Assembly: GCA_033762295.1 (NCBI GenBank) | Contig: JANRLW010000064.1 | Coordinates: 1 to 64,000 of the forward strand | DNA: 64,000 nt | Direction of reading: 5' to 3' | Origin: Capsulimonadales bacterium | GTDB taxonomy: Bacteria > Armatimonadota > Armatimonadia > Armatimonadales > Armatimonadaceae | Notes under the pieces: generated by a model | Database searches by the model: none | What the model was told of the DNA's origin: nothing | What the model saw: the letters and a program-made list of their open reading frames with translations, nothing else | Made by a program: the position numbers and the translations under genes | Part shown: piece after piece, positions 10,649 to 21,356 of the stretch | Position numbering within the stretch: the first letter of the stretch is position 1 | Layout of the letters: each line of letters opens with the position of its first letter

Positions 10649-11595
10649 TTTGTCTGGTAGTGCACCCAGTGCTTGCTCGTGCGAAAGGCGATTGCGGTCA
10701 GCGCCAGGATCAGCAGGAGCTGAATCCAGGCCATCGCGCTGGCGTACCCCATCTTCAGGTAGGTGAACGCATTGTCATACAGATACATGGTGAAGAAATA
10801 GGTCGCCCGCGCCGGGCCGCCTCCGGTCATGATGTACGGTCCCGAAAACTCCTGGAGCGACCCGATGATTGCCATGATCAGGTTGAAAAAGATCACCGGG
10901 GAGAGCATCGGCAGGGTCACGTTCCACAATCGCTGGCCGGCGTTCGCACCGTCCAGTTCCGAGGCTTCCAGAAGTTCCTTCGGCACGTCCTGAAGGCCGG
11001 CCAGGTAGATGACCACGGTCTGACCGACTCCCCAGACACTCATGAAGGCCAGGGCGGGCAGGGCAAAGGCCGGATCGGTCAGCCAGCCGATCGGCGGCTG
11101 TACGCCCGGCAGATGAAGGACGCCGAGGACCGCGTTCAGGCCCCGGATCAGGGCGGCGAACGGCGGCGTCTCCAGCATCGTATTGATCAGGCCGAGTTTC
11201 GTATTGAACAGCCAGAGCCAGAGCATCGCCGAGGCGACCGTCGGCACGAGTGAGGGCAGAAAGACGACCGTCCGGAAGATCGATTGACCCGCCACCTTCT
11301 GATTCAACAGCAACGCCAGACCGAGCGACACCATCAGGCCGGCGGGCAACGCCATGGCGGCGTAGGTCAGCGTATTCCGCAACGATTGCCAGAAGACTGG
11401 GTCCGTCATCAGCTCCCGATAGTTGGCGAGGCCGATAAAGGCGGGCGGCTGCAGCAGGGAGTAGTCGCAAAAGCTGAAATAGAACGACAGGCCGACGGGA
11501 ATCAGAAGGAAGGTCAGAAACCCGACGATCCAGGGCGACAGAAAGGCGAGTCCCTGCCGCAGACGGTGGCGTTCGCCGGAGGAGAAGGAGGTCAT
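10645..11595 (-). CDS. Sugar ABC transporter permease (MalF-like)
   Basis: EASELDGA motif and MGYASAMAW; 4-bp overlap with neighbours. Confidence 0.93.
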   Translation of the reverse strand: MTSFSSGERHRLRQGLAFLSPWIVGFLTFLLIPVGLSFYFSFCDYSLLQPPAFIGLANYRELMTDPVFWQSLRNTLTYAAMALPAGLMVSLGLALLLNQKVAGQSIFRTVVFLPSLVPTVASAMLWLWLFNTKLGLINTMLETPPFAALIRGLNAVLGVLHLPGVQPPIGWLTDPAFALPALAFMSVWGVGQTVVIYLAGLQDVPKELLEASELDGANAGQRLWNVTLPMLSPVIFFNLIMAIIGSLQEFSGPYIMTGGGPARATYFFTMYLYDNAFTYLKMGYASAMAWIQLLLILALTAIAFRTSKHWVHYQTK

Positions 11596-13031
11596 TGCGC
11601 CCCGCCTTTCCGAAGCCGTTGCCGCGCCCGGAAGGCGTCGAGTTTGGCCTGCAGGCGTTTCTGGGCGTCGGCGAGAGCGTCCTCCGGTGTCGCCTGCAGC
11701 AGATAAATCTTCTGCGTGGTGACCGTCAGTTCGTCGGAAACCTCCGGCCAGATCGGCACCGGCGGAACTCCGTGCGCGTTCGGGCTGGCGGCCAGCCGTT
11801 CGAAAACGTCGATGTACGGGTTCGGGTGGTTCCGGAGGTAGCCTGCGCTCACGCGGTGGAGCGGCGAGTTCTTACAGTGAAGGGAGGTCAGTTTTTCCAT
11901 GACGTCCTGCCGGTTCACATAGGCGATGAACTCGAACGCCTCCTTTTTGTGTTTCGCGCCTTTCGGTATCATCAGGACATCGAACGCGGCGAAGGTGACA
12001 TCATCGAGACCGGGTACCGCGGAGGGGAAGGGAGCCGCGCCCCACTCGTAGTTCTCGCGCCGCTCCTCCGGCGACATCCCCTTCTCCTGCTCCTTCGGGA
12101 ACTTCCGGCGGTTCATGGAGGGCTTCAGGTCCTCGATGAAGTTTGCCATCCAGGGGCCTTCCTGTTCCATTGCCACCGCGCCGCTCAGGAACGCGTTCTG
12201 CGTCGAATTGAACTGACCGAACCCGCTGGTAAAGTCAGTCATGGCATCCTTTCCGAGGCGGACCGAGTAGCTGCGCACCCAGTCGTAGGTTCGAACGACC
12301 TCGGGGCGGGTCAGGGTCAGACGACCGGTCTTTTCATCGTAGACGCTGCCCCCGAACCAGTAGGGCATATGCGGCATCCACTGGCCCGGTTCGAGCGGCA
12401 GGTGTCCGGCGGCGCGAATCCGTTTTTTCCCGACGGCGTCCGTCTCGGTCACATCGAGCGCTTCGGAGTAACGGTCGAGTTCGTCAAGGGTGCGTGGCGG
12501 GCGGTTCGGGTCGAGTCCGGCGGCGCGCAGTCGATCGGCGCGTTCGAGGAACAGGGATTTGTTGTAGTGCAGAGCGGCCGCGGCCGGTGTGCTGATAAGT
12601 CCGTAGAGTTTCCCCTCGTAGGTGCAACCCTTCCAGTAGACCGGTTTGTAGAGGTCCGGAGTGATTCCGTACTCCGTCGCCAATTCGTCCAGGGGTTCGA
12701 CCGCATCGATCGCGGCGAACTGGGGGACCTGGGCATCCCACAGACCGGCGACATCGGGCGGGACTCCGGCGGCGGTGGAAACCAGAGTCTTTTGCGTGAT
12801 GTTGCTCATGGAGAGGTAGCGGACGTAAATGCCCTTGTCCTTGCCGACCGTGTCGTTGAAATCGCGGACGATCTCCTGCATCTGTTCGGCCTCGTTACCG
12901 GTCCACTTCTCCCAGTAGGTGACGACGACGCGTCCGCGTGCGTCCTCCGGCCCGGCGTTCCGGGCGAACGCCAGAAGGTACAGTCCGATTCCGGCCAGCG
13001 CCGTCAGTATGAGTCCGCGTACGATCCGCAA
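11592..13031 (-). CDS. Sugar ABC transporter substrate-binding protein
   Basis: N-terminal anchor; PPDV, GKLYGL, LHYNKSLF and AFLSGAVAM motifs; operon context. Confidence 0.9.
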   Translation of the reverse strand: MRIVRGLILTALAGIGLYLLAFARNAGPEDARGRVVVTYWEKWTGNEAEQMQEIVRDFNDTVGKDKGIYVRYLSMSNITQKTLVSTAAGVPPDVAGLWDAQVPQFAAIDAVEPLDELATEYGITPDLYKPVYWKGCTYEGKLYGLISTPAAAALHYNKSLFLERADRLRAAGLDPNRPPRTLDELDRYSEALDVTETDAVGKKRIRAAGHLPLEPGQWMPHMPYWFGGSVYDEKTGRLTLTRPEVVRTYDWVRSYSVRLGKDAMTDFTSGFGQFNSTQNAFLSGAVAMEQEGPWMANFIEDLKPSMNRRKFPKEQEKGMSPEERRENYEWGAAPFPSAVPGLDDVTFAAFDVLMIPKGAKHKKEAFEFIAYVNRQDVMEKLTSLHCKNSPLHRVSAGYLRNHPNPYIDVFERLAASPNAHGVPPVPIWPEVSDELTVTTQKIYLLQATPEDALADAQKRLQAKLDAFRARQRLRKGGAQ

Positions 13032-13099
13032 TTGCCGCTCCTTGTCTCATCGGTTCGCGCCCGGCGTCCCTGCTTCCTTCCCGAAAGGCGGTGACCGAG

Positions 13100-14260
13100 T
13101 TACAAGCAAGATTCCAGGACGGCACGCGCGTCCTCGACGCCGACCGGACGCGGGTTGGCTTTCGTGCTTCCCGATTTCATCGATTCGGTAGCGATGTAAT
13201 CCAGATGCTCCGGGCGAACGCCGATCTCCGACAGCCGACGGGGTATCGCCAGCCGAACCAGCAAATCCTCGATACGATCGATCAGGGCTTCCGCACTGCG
13301 CAGACCGAGCGAAAACGCGGCGTCCTCGTAACGGTCGTGGGCGGCATCCCGGTTGAAGCGGGCGACCGGCGGCATCAGCAGTCCGCAAACCGAACCGTGT
13401 GCCGCGCCGGTGATGGCCCCGACCGGATGGGCGAGACCGTGAACCAGTCCCAGACGTGACGTATTCAGGGCGGCGCCTGCCATGTAGGAACCGAGGAGCA
13501 TCCCCTCCCGTGCGGGACGGTTCTCCGGCTCCCGGAACGCCGTCTCCAGAGAGCGTCCGATTCGGGCCAGCGCGTCGCGGGACAGGGCGTCGGTGAGCGG
13601 GTTCGCCCCCACCGAGGTAAAGGATTCCAGCGCCTGAACGAACGCGTCCATGCCGGAGGCGGCCGTGACCGACGGCGGGCAGGTGACGGTGAGTTCGGCA
13701 TCGAGCAGGGCGACGGCGGGCATCATCGACCCGCCGCGAATGCTCGCCTTGCGCGGGTACGGATCGCCCGTCTCCCGGTCGACGAGTACCGAAACCCAGG
13801 TCGCCTCGCTGCCCGTGCCTGCGGTCGTCGGAACGGCGATGATCGGACGGGATACGGCCTCCGGGACCTTTGCCTTGCCGGTGAAATAGTCGCGTGGCGA
13901 GTGGCCGGTTCCGGAAAGAGCGGCGGCCGCCTTGCCGATGTCCAGCGGACTGCCGCCGCCGACCGCGATTACCAGGTCCGCTTTCGCGGCGTCGACCGCC
14001 TCCATTGCCGCCGTGAGCGCCTCGATGTCCGGTTCGGGCGGCACGCCTTCGTGAACGGCGGGTGATAGCCCGGCGTTCCGCAGGTTCGTCACCAGCGTGT
14101 CCAGCGCGCCGGAACGGCGCAGGGAATGGCCGGTGACGATCAGGGGACGGGTTCCGAGCCGTTTGGCCTCGTTGACCAGTCGATCGTCCGTGGCCGCGCC
14201 CCGGCCGACGACCAGGCGAGGTGGGGTGACGAACGTAAAGCCCGCAGTCTCATTACTCAT
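13100..14260 (-). CDS. Iron-containing alcohol dehydrogenase
   Basis: GGGSPLDIGK, VPTTAGTGSE, GMDAFVQALE, GLVHGLAH and AHG motifs. Confidence 0.92.
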   Translation of the reverse strand: MSNETAGFTFVTPPRLVVGRGAATDDRLVNEAKRLGTRPLIVTGHSLRRSGALDTLVTNLRNAGLSPAVHEGVPPEPDIEALTAAMEAVDAAKADLVIAVGGGSPLDIGKAAAALSGTGHSPRDYFTGKAKVPEAVSRPIIAVPTTAGTGSEATWVSVLVDRETGDPYPRKASIRGGSMMPAVALLDAELTVTCPPSVTAASGMDAFVQALESFTSVGANPLTDALSRDALARIGRSLETAFREPENRPAREGMLLGSYMAGAALNTSRLGLVHGLAHPVGAITGAAHGSVCGLLMPPVARFNRDAAHDRYEDAAFSLGLRSAEALIDRIEDLLVRLAIPRRLSEIGVRPEHLDYIATESMKSGSTKANPRPVGVEDARAVLESCL

Positions 14261-14387
14261 GGTGTCCGATTCGCCACAGGCAGAGGTTTTCCTGCCGGAC
14301 CCCACGGGACCGATCGGGCAGGTTATGGCGTATAATCGTAAGTATCGCCCGGAAAGAGTTCTCGCTCGCGTAACGTTTCGCGCCGCG

Positions 14388-15758
14388 ATGCCGGGTCTGA
14401 AAGGATTTCTGATCGCTGTGCTGCGTTCCTATCCCTACGGTGCGGCCGCCCTGTCCATGCTGATTCTGGCGACCGTCGCCGGTCTTATTCTGGCATTCAA
14501 CCCACCACCCAAGAAACAGGCGGACCTGGTCTTCTGGACTTTCGCCAAACCGCATTACGAGGCGTATCTTCAGGTCATCGGAGACTTCGAAAAAGAGCAC
14601 CAGGTCAAGGTGGACATGCAGCTGGTCTCCAACCAGGGTCTGCCACAACGTCTCCAGGCGGCGTTCCAGGCGGATCTCGATGTCCCGGATATGTGCGAGA
14701 TCGAGATTTCGTCCGCCGGATCGTTCTTTCGCGGGCCGCTCGAACATGTCGGGTTCGCCGACCTGACCGACCGGATTCGGTCCGAAGGACTGGACCGGAA
14801 GATGGTCGCCTCGCGGTTCGCTCCCTACATGAGCCGGGGTCGGGTTTTCGGACTTCCGCACGACGTCCACCCGGTTCTCCTCGGATACCGCCGCGATATT
14901 TTCGAAAAGGAAGGGATCGACGTCAACACGATCGAAACCTGGGACGATTTTATCGAGGCCGGGAAGAAGCTGACGATTGCCGATAAACGGTACATGATCG
15001 AGATGAGCGACACCGGCTCCGATCAGCTGGAAACCTGTCTGTTTCAGCGGGAGGGCGGTTATTTCGACCCGCAGGGCAAGGTGACCTTTGACAACGAAAT
15101 CGCCGTCGAGACGATGAAATGGTATGTGCCGCTGGTCGCCCGCAACAGCAAGACGCGGATCGCCAATGTTCTGTCCTCCTCGTTCGGAACGGTCATCGCG
15201 CAGGGGATGGAAAACACGTACTTCCTGTCGGTCGTCATGCCGGACTGGCGCAGTAAAATCTTTGAGAACGATATCGGTAAATTGTCGGGAAAGATGGCGC
15301 TGATGCCGCTGCCGGCGGTGAAGAAGGGCGGACGACGGACTTCGACCTGGGGCGGCACGATGCTCGGGATTACCCGGAAGTGCAAAGATAAGGACCTGGC
15401 CTGGAAACTGGCAAAGTTCCTGTATCTGAACGAGAAAGACCTGGCGGGCAGGTTCGCAGGCACGAATATCCTTCCGCCGGTGCGTGCCGCCTGGAAGGAA
15501 CCGGCGTTCGACCGTGAGTACGCCTACTGGAGCAACCAGAAACTCGGGCGGATCTATGCCAACTTCGCGCCGGAGGTCCCCGCGCAGTACACGCATCCGT
15601 TCATCACGCTGGCGAAAACCAAGTTCGGCGAATCGCTGACCGCCTGCGTTCAGCGTTACACGGCCAACGGCGAGAACGGCTTCGACGAGTTCGTCCGCCG
15701 GACCCTGAAATCCAAAGCGGATGAAGTCCGCCGCCAGATCGCACGCAACCCGTTCTGA
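14388..15758 (+). CDS. Sugar ABC transporter substrate-binding protein (start likely 14388, not 14097)
   Basis: TM anchor, VFWTFA, GRVFGLPHD, TWDDF and WGGT motifs; TATAAT at 14331-14336. Confidence 0.88.
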   Translation: MPGLKGFLIAVLRSYPYGAAALSMLILATVAGLILAFNPPPKKQADLVFWTFAKPHYEAYLQVIGDFEKEHQVKVDMQLVSNQGLPQRLQAAFQADLDVPDMCEIEISSAGSFFRGPLEHVGFADLTDRIRSEGLDRKMVASRFAPYMSRGRVFGLPHDVHPVLLGYRRDIFEKEGIDVNTIETWDDFIEAGKKLTIADKRYMIEMSDTGSDQLETCLFQREGGYFDPQGKVTFDNEIAVETMKWYVPLVARNSKTRIANVLSSSFGTVIAQGMENTYFLSVVMPDWRSKIFENDIGKLSGKMALMPLPAVKKGGRRTSTWGGTMLGITRKCKDKDLAWKLAKFLYLNEKDLAGRFAGTNILPPVRAAWKEPAFDREYAYWSNQKLGRIYANFAPEVPAQYTHPFITLAKTKFGESLTACVQRYTANGENGFDEFVRRTLKSKADEVRRQIARNPF

Positions 15759-15835
15759 AAAAAGGGCCGAGGCTGACTCGCCGGACGGGGTCCGGGCGGA
15801 CTTGTCCGGAAAACAACCGGAAAAGTTTAAGGATA

Positions 15836-16798
15836 TTGATTGTGACAACCACATCCATTGAAAAAACGAGCGTGCGCGAAGGGGCGTCCGGGGGCGGGGG
15901 ATACCTCCGCTTCCAGCAGAAGGCCGCGCCCTATCTTTTTCTCGCGCCGTTTTTCCTGCTCTTCGCTCTCTTTGGCGTTTACCCGATCCTGAAAAGTGTG
16001 ACCCTCGCCTTTTACGCTACCAGCGGCCCCAAGGACATGGTGTTTAACGGCGGGGCCAACTTCACCTTTCTCTTTCAGGACCGGGACTTCTACATCGCCG
16101 TCGGCAACACCGTCACTTACGCGCTTTTCTCGGTCTTCCTGCAGTTGCCGATCGCGCTCGGTCTGGCGATCCTGCTCTCCCAGACCTGGCTGAAAGGGCG
16201 CGAGTTCTGGAGGCTCGCCTTCTTTTCGCCCAATCTGCTCGGACAGGTTTTCGTCGGCGTCCTGTTCGCGGTCCTCTACCAGCCCCAGTTCGGTCTCGTC
16301 AACAAGACGCTCCATTCGCTGACCAACGGACTCGTACCGCTCGATACCAAGTGGCTCGGCGATCCCAATCTGGTGATGCCCGCGCTTGTCCTGACCTCGA
16401 TCTGGATGTACGCCGGGTTCAACATGATCTACTTTCTGGCGGCCCTCCAGGCAGTGGACAAGGACCTTTACGAAGCGGCGTCCGTGGACGGCGCGAGTGC
16501 CTGGCAGCAGTTTCTGAACGTTACCGTGCCCGGTATCCGGCCGGTGACGACGTTCGTTCTGGTGACGGCAACCCTCGGATCGCTCCAGCTTTTCGAACTG
16601 CCGTACATCCTGTTGAATAACGGGGCCGGTCCGGATCAGCGGGGCCTGACCATTATCATGTATCTGTACAACAAGGGGTTTGTCGTCGGTGACCTGGGAT
16701 ATGCCTCGGCGGTCGGCTGGACGCTGGCTCTCGGAATGCTGATCATCTCATTGATTCAGGTGCGTATCACCGGCGCAGGAAAGGAAGGGCAGCAGTAA
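15836..16798 (+). CDS. Sugar ABC transporter permease
   Basis: LYEAASVDGA and LGYASAVGW motifs. Confidence 0.93.
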   Translation: MIVTTTSIEKTSVREGASGGGGYLRFQQKAAPYLFLAPFFLLFALFGVYPILKSVTLAFYATSGPKDMVFNGGANFTFLFQDRDFYIAVGNTVTYALFSVFLQLPIALGLAILLSQTWLKGREFWRLAFFSPNLLGQVFVGVLFAVLYQPQFGLVNKTLHSLTNGLVPLDTKWLGDPNLVMPALVLTSIWMYAGFNMIYFLAALQAVDKDLYEAASVDGASAWQQFLNVTVPGIRPVTTFVLVTATLGSLQLFELPYILLNNGAGPDQRGLTIIMYLYNKGFVVGDLGYASAVGWTLALGMLIISLIQVRITGAGKEGQQ

Positions 16799-17682
16799 TG
16801 GCTGTGGCAACGCATCGTCCGATAACGGCGCAGACCGGTAAACTCGCGCCGGGTACCCTGGCTTTTCGCATCCTCCTGTATTCCGTCCTTATCCTCGCCA
16901 CCCTCTGTGCGCTCGTCCCGTTCCTCTGGCTGGTGCTGGCGACGATCAAACCGAGCGGAGAGATGTTCAGCGATCCGTGGATACTGGTCGCCCATCCGAC
17001 GCTTGCCAACTATCAACAGTTGTTCACCAAGGAGCTTGCGCCCGGAATCTATTTCGGGCGTTATCTCCTGAACAGCGTCTTCATCACCTGTATGTCGGTC
17101 ACCGTTCAGTTGTTCCTCTCGTCGCTGGCCGGGTTCGCGCTGGCGAAGTATTCGTTCGCCGGTAAGAAATTTGTTTACCTTCTGATGCTGGCAACCCTGA
17201 TGATCCCGGCGCAGGTGACGATGGCTCCGACCTACGAACTGCTCTACCGGATGGGATTGGTCGATACCTACGTCGGCCTGATCATTCCGGGTGCGGTCAG
17301 CGTATTCGGTATCTTCCTGTTCGAGCGTGCGATGCATCAGGTGCCGGACGAATTGATCCATGCGGCGCGGATCGACGGCTGCACGGAGTTTACGATCTAC
17401 TGGGAGATCGTGATGCCGGTGACGCGCCCGATGATCGGCGCGTTCTGTCTGATCGGGTTTATGGGTACCTGGAACTCGTTCCTCTGGCCGCAGATCATGC
17501 TCCACACCAATCACCGGTTCACTTTGCCGATCGCATTGAACCAGATGGTCGGCATCTACAACCAGGAGTACGGCATGCTGATGGCCGGGACGTTTATCTC
17601 GGTCCTGCCGGTGATCGCCCTGTTTTTTATGCTCCAGCGCGAGTTCGTGGCCGGTCTCACCTCCGGCGCGGTCAAGGGGTAA
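16798..17682 (+). CDS. Carbohydrate ABC transporter permease
   Basis: AARIDGC, WNSFLWP and GLTSGAVKG C-terminus. Confidence 0.93.
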   Translation: MAVATHRPITAQTGKLAPGTLAFRILLYSVLILATLCALVPFLWLVLATIKPSGEMFSDPWILVAHPTLANYQQLFTKELAPGIYFGRYLLNSVFITCMSVTVQLFLSSLAGFALAKYSFAGKKFVYLLMLATLMIPAQVTMAPTYELLYRMGLVDTYVGLIIPGAVSVFGIFLFERAMHQVPDELIHAARIDGCTEFTIYWEIVMPVTRPMIGAFCLIGFMGTWNSFLWPQIMLHTNHRFTLPIALNQMVGIYNQEYGMLMAGTFISVLPVIALFFMLQREFVAGLTSGAVKG

Positions 17683-17703
17683 GGAACGGTTCCGGACGGT
17701 GGC

Positions 17704-20223
17704 TCAGAACGATTCCCCGGTGCCGGTGTCGAGCGGGGTGCCGTACTGTCCGGTCGTCTGCGGGCGCAACGCCGGGAACGCCTTCAGCCGAAACGCAACG
17801 TTGAACCCGCGTTCGGTACGGAACCCGTATCGCTGGTCGACGTAGGAAAAAAGCAGTTCGTAGTCGTGGAACGACTGCGTCAGGTAGAACTGTTTATAGT
17901 CGAAGCGGTAGGTGACGCCGTTGTAGCCTGTAAGAGCGGACAGCTTCAGATCGCGGGAGAACAGCGGAACGGTCAGGACTTCGGTGATCTGCGGAAACCG
18001 GTAACGGCGAGGGTCGAACCGAATGCCGGTGTCAAGAGCGAACCCGCCGTTGCCGCGAATCCGGGTTCGGTTGGTCACATCGAGCAGGGTGCCGGTGTTG
18101 ATATCGTACGCGGTGGTGAAACGAGTTTGCAAAACCGGGGAGGGCCTCAGCCCGAGCTGTAGCGCCAGATTTTGCCAGGGCGTTTTCCGAACCCCGGTGA
18201 CGCTGTCCGAACGCGCTTCCAGAATGTCGTAGCCCGTGACCAGGGAAAGGCGGGTCCGGTACGTTTCGACCGTCAGGTTGGCGTTCAGGTTGTTCGTCGT
18301 CCCCGTCTGGTCCAGGCGGAACTCCAGGGGAGAACCGCCGTACGGACGCAGGTAGTTGTAAGCGAAGTTCAGTGTCGAACGATCCCCGAGGCGCTGTACC
18401 AGATTGGATCGGCCGGTCAATATATACTGCGCGGCATCCTCCCGATAGACCGTCTGCTGGAAATTGCCGGCTAACTGCAGGGAAAGGTTGCCGCCGGGGG
18501 TCAACGGCACGGTTTTGTCCCTCGGAGTGAAGCCGAAGAGGAAACGCCCGGTCGTCACGGCGCGGGTCTGCGTGGAACCGGAGACGAACGAGGAGACGTT
18601 TTCCAGGAACCGTCCGTAACCGAGCGAGTAGGAAGCCGGGATCCGTCGGAGAAAACCGCTCAGAGTTCCCGACTTGCCGAACCGATCGCTCTCGGTGCTC
18701 ACCGACAGGTCGGGCAGACGTTGTGTCCCGGAAAAGGCCGCGCTCCCGCCGGACTCGCCCTTTTGCGTCAGCTTCAGGTTGCGATTCGCTTTGAGAACCG
18801 TGTCGAAAATCCCCATCCGGAGGTTCGCCTGCAGGTCGGCGCTCTGTTCGGTCCGCCCGGAGGTCGTGGTGACCAGGCCGAGACTGCGGTTGGTGGTATC
18901 CGACCCGTTCAGACGGAGCGTCACCCGGTTCGATCCGCCGAACTGTTCGGTCTGTGTCAGAGTGTAGGTCGTGGTGCCGCTTCGACTGTTCGTGTAATCG
19001 CTGCTCGTCTGTGTCACGCTCAGATTGGTGTCGTGGTTGTCGATGTTGCGGGTCAGGGTCAGCGTCGAATTGGCGTTTTTCGAGTCCGCCGTGATGGATT
19101 GGTAGCTGTTGTTCTGGAACTCGGTGGTCAGTGAGGCGGTCGTATCGCCGATATACTGCTGATGATTGAACCGGCCGTTCAGGTTTTGCACTCCGCGGTT
19201 CCGGTCGTTGAGCGAGTAGAGGGCGGCGACCCCCGCGCCGGTGGCGCTCAGGCGGTAGGCCTGGTCGAACCCGACACCGATCCCCTTCTTCTCCATAAGA
19301 TCGAACCGGAGCAGACCCGGCAAAATCTCGCTGAGCAGGTAGTTGAGCCCGAACTTGATGAAATACCCTTCCTCCTCGGTTCGCCCGACATTGGGAGGGA
19401 TGCTCGCCCGGTTGGTTTCGCGCACCGGAATAACCAGATACCGAATCCGAACGATTTTGGTCTGGTACCGGTAGAGGGTCGAGTCGCGAAGGACGATTCG
19501 GTTATTGGGTATGAAATCGGCCTGGCGAAAACCCACTTTATAATGCGGGTTCGGAAAGTCGCAGGTCGTCAGAACGCCGTCCAGAGCGGTATAGATGTCG
19601 CCTTTACGCTCCAGGACACGTCCCTGCAAAAGAACGGGTTGCAACACATTGGGCGCGAGCAGTTCCGTCGGTATGATGGTTCGCGCCTCGCGCGCCGTAA
19701 ACTCGCGGGTTCGCGTATTCAGGGTGACGCCGTCGGCGTAGACGATCTGCTGGCCGGTATTGAGGACGACCCGGCCCTCGAACGTCAGTAGCCGACGCCG
19801 GGGCTGGTAGACGGCGCGGTCACTGGCGACATGATAGCCGTTGTAACGCAGGCGAACGTTGCCGGACAGCAGTCGACGATCCTCCTCGATTTCGGACCGA
19901 TCGGCGTTTTCGATGATCAGGAGATTACGTTCCGGGACGGGAGTGGCCGGCTCGGTCGCTGTCGACTGCGGCAAACGGGCGGGCGCATCGAGGGTGACGG
20001 GCGGGGCATTGCCACGGGCATCGGTGCGCGGAGCGGTCGTCGGTCCTTGAAGAGGGGGCGTTACGGGGTTTTGCCCGGTCGGCGGCGGTGACGCAGGGGT
20101 GGCGGGGAGCGGATCGACCGGAGGGAGGGCAGGGACCTGCGCGTTCGCATCGGACGGGAACAGGAAAAGGAAAATCTGGAGCAGGGCCACGGGGACGGCG
20201 CGGGAAACGGGCATCGGCACCAT
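17704..20223 (-). CDS. LptD/OstA-like outer-membrane protein
   Basis: Signal peptide, Pro-rich linker, OstA-like beta-jellyroll (GNVRLRY, TTCDFPNPHY), then a long amphipathic beta-strand region. Confidence 0.75.
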   Translation of the reverse strand: MVPMPVSRAVPVALLQIFLFLFPSDANAQVPALPPVDPLPATPASPPPTGQNPVTPPLQGPTTAPRTDARGNAPPVTLDAPARLPQSTATEPATPVPERNLLIIENADRSEIEEDRRLLSGNVRLRYNGYHVASDRAVYQPRRRLLTFEGRVVLNTGQQIVYADGVTLNTRTREFTAREARTIIPTELLAPNVLQPVLLQGRVLERKGDIYTALDGVLTTCDFPNPHYKVGFRQADFIPNNRIVLRDSTLYRYQTKIVRIRYLVIPVRETNRASIPPNVGRTEEEGYFIKFGLNYLLSEILPGLLRFDLMEKKGIGVGFDQAYRLSATGAGVAALYSLNDRNRGVQNLNGRFNHQQYIGDTTASLTTEFQNNSYQSITADSKNANSTLTLTRNIDNHDTNLSVTQTSSDYTNSRSGTTTYTLTQTEQFGGSNRVTLRLNGSDTTNRSLGLVTTTSGRTEQSADLQANLRMGIFDTVLKANRNLKLTQKGESGGSAAFSGTQRLPDLSVSTESDRFGKSGTLSGFLRRIPASYSLGYGRFLENVSSFVSGSTQTRAVTTGRFLFGFTPRDKTVPLTPGGNLSLQLAGNFQQTVYREDAAQYILTGRSNLVQRLGDRSTLNFAYNYLRPYGGSPLEFRLDQTGTTNNLNANLTVETYRTRLSLVTGYDILEARSDSVTGVRKTPWQNLALQLGLRPSPVLQTRFTTAYDINTGTLLDVTNRTRIRGNGGFALDTGIRFDPRRYRFPQITEVLTVPLFSRDLKLSALTGYNGVTYRFDYKQFYLTQSFHDYELLFSYVDQRYGFRTERGFNVAFRLKAFPALRPQTTGQYGTPLDTGTGESF

Positions 20224-20263
20224 TTTAGACTACGGAAATCCGTTTCCCCTTCGGTTCGGCGAC

Positions 20264-21304
20264 TCAGACCCGGACGACGTCGCCCGTTTTCGCCGAGCGC
20301 AACCCGGCATCGATCACGGTCATGACCCGCCGCATCTCCTCCTGCGTGACGACCGGCGACGCGCCGGTCGTGAGAACGTCGGCGATATTCTCGTAGTAGT
20401 TTCGCCAGCGTCCGGGAATCGTCGGAATCCGTTTTTCCTGGCGGTTATCCTTGACGAGAGCGTCGTTGGCGGGATCGTTCACGGCGGCGTCGATATCCCC
20501 GCCGATCATCGCCCGCTCCTGCGGGTCCAGTCCGTACTTTGCGAACGTCGCCCTGTCGCCCTTCAGCAGAAAGCGGGGCTTGGAGTGGGCGGTCATGCCG
20601 GAGAGGTCACAGATGCCGGTCCTGCCGCCCGCAAAAGTAACGATCAGCAGAGCTTCACTCTCGACATCGGTCGAGGGGAAGTCGTGGTGCATCCGGCAGT
20701 AAACCGTCTCGACCGGTTCGGGAAAAAACTGAAGCAACTGGTCGACCAGATGAGCGCCCAGATCGAAGTAACGTCCTCCGCCCATCTCCGCTTTGCCACG
20801 CCACCCGCCCCAGGCGCCCAGCCCCTGCCAGGCCATTTCGATCCAGCGGACCTCGCCCAGTTCGCCGTCCTTCATCACCTGTTTCGCGGTCAGGAAATCC
20901 CCGTCGAAGCGGCGGTTCTGGAAGACGGTGAGGAGCCGGTTATTCGCGGTCGCCGAGGAAAGCATCCGATCGCATTCGGCGAGCGAGAGACACATGATCT
21001 TATCGGTGACGACATGTTTCCCGGCGTCGAGTGCGGCGACCGCCTGATCGGCATGGGTGCTATTCGGTGTTGCCAGGATGACCAGATCGATGTCCGGATC
21101 GGCGAAAACCTCCGCCTGGTCGGCGTAAGCGCGGCAACCCTGTTCGGCTTCGATGCGCTGCCGGGTTTCGGGGTTGCGGGAGGCGATCCCCATCAGTCGG
21201 AGACCGGGAACCAGACCGACCAGATAGGCATGGAACGACCTGCCGGCGAAGCCATAACCGAGAATCGCCGTACGCACCGGCGCGGAGATCGGAGGGTAGC
21301 TCAT
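20264..21304 (-). CDS. Gfo/Idh/MocA family oxidoreductase
   Basis: GYGFAG, ATPNSTH, GKHVVTDK, VFQNRRFD and DLGAHLVDQ motifs. Confidence 0.92.
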   Translation of the reverse strand: MSYPPISAPVRTAILGYGFAGRSFHAYLVGLVPGLRLMGIASRNPETRQRIEAEQGCRAYADQAEVFADPDIDLVILATPNSTHADQAVAALDAGKHVVTDKIMCLSLAECDRMLSSATANNRLLTVFQNRRFDGDFLTAKQVMKDGELGEVRWIEMAWQGLGAWGGWRGKAEMGGGRYFDLGAHLVDQLLQFFPEPVETVYCRMHHDFPSTDVESEALLIVTFAGGRTGICDLSGMTAHSKPRFLLKGDRATFAKYGLDPQERAMIGGDIDAAVNDPANDALVKDNRQEKRIPTIPGRWRNYYENIADVLTTGASPVVTQEEMRRVMTVIDAGLRSAKTGDVVRV

Positions 21305-21356
21305 GCCGTTGGTTTCGCCGAACGGACCGGCGATCCCTTCCCCGGCGACCCTTTCG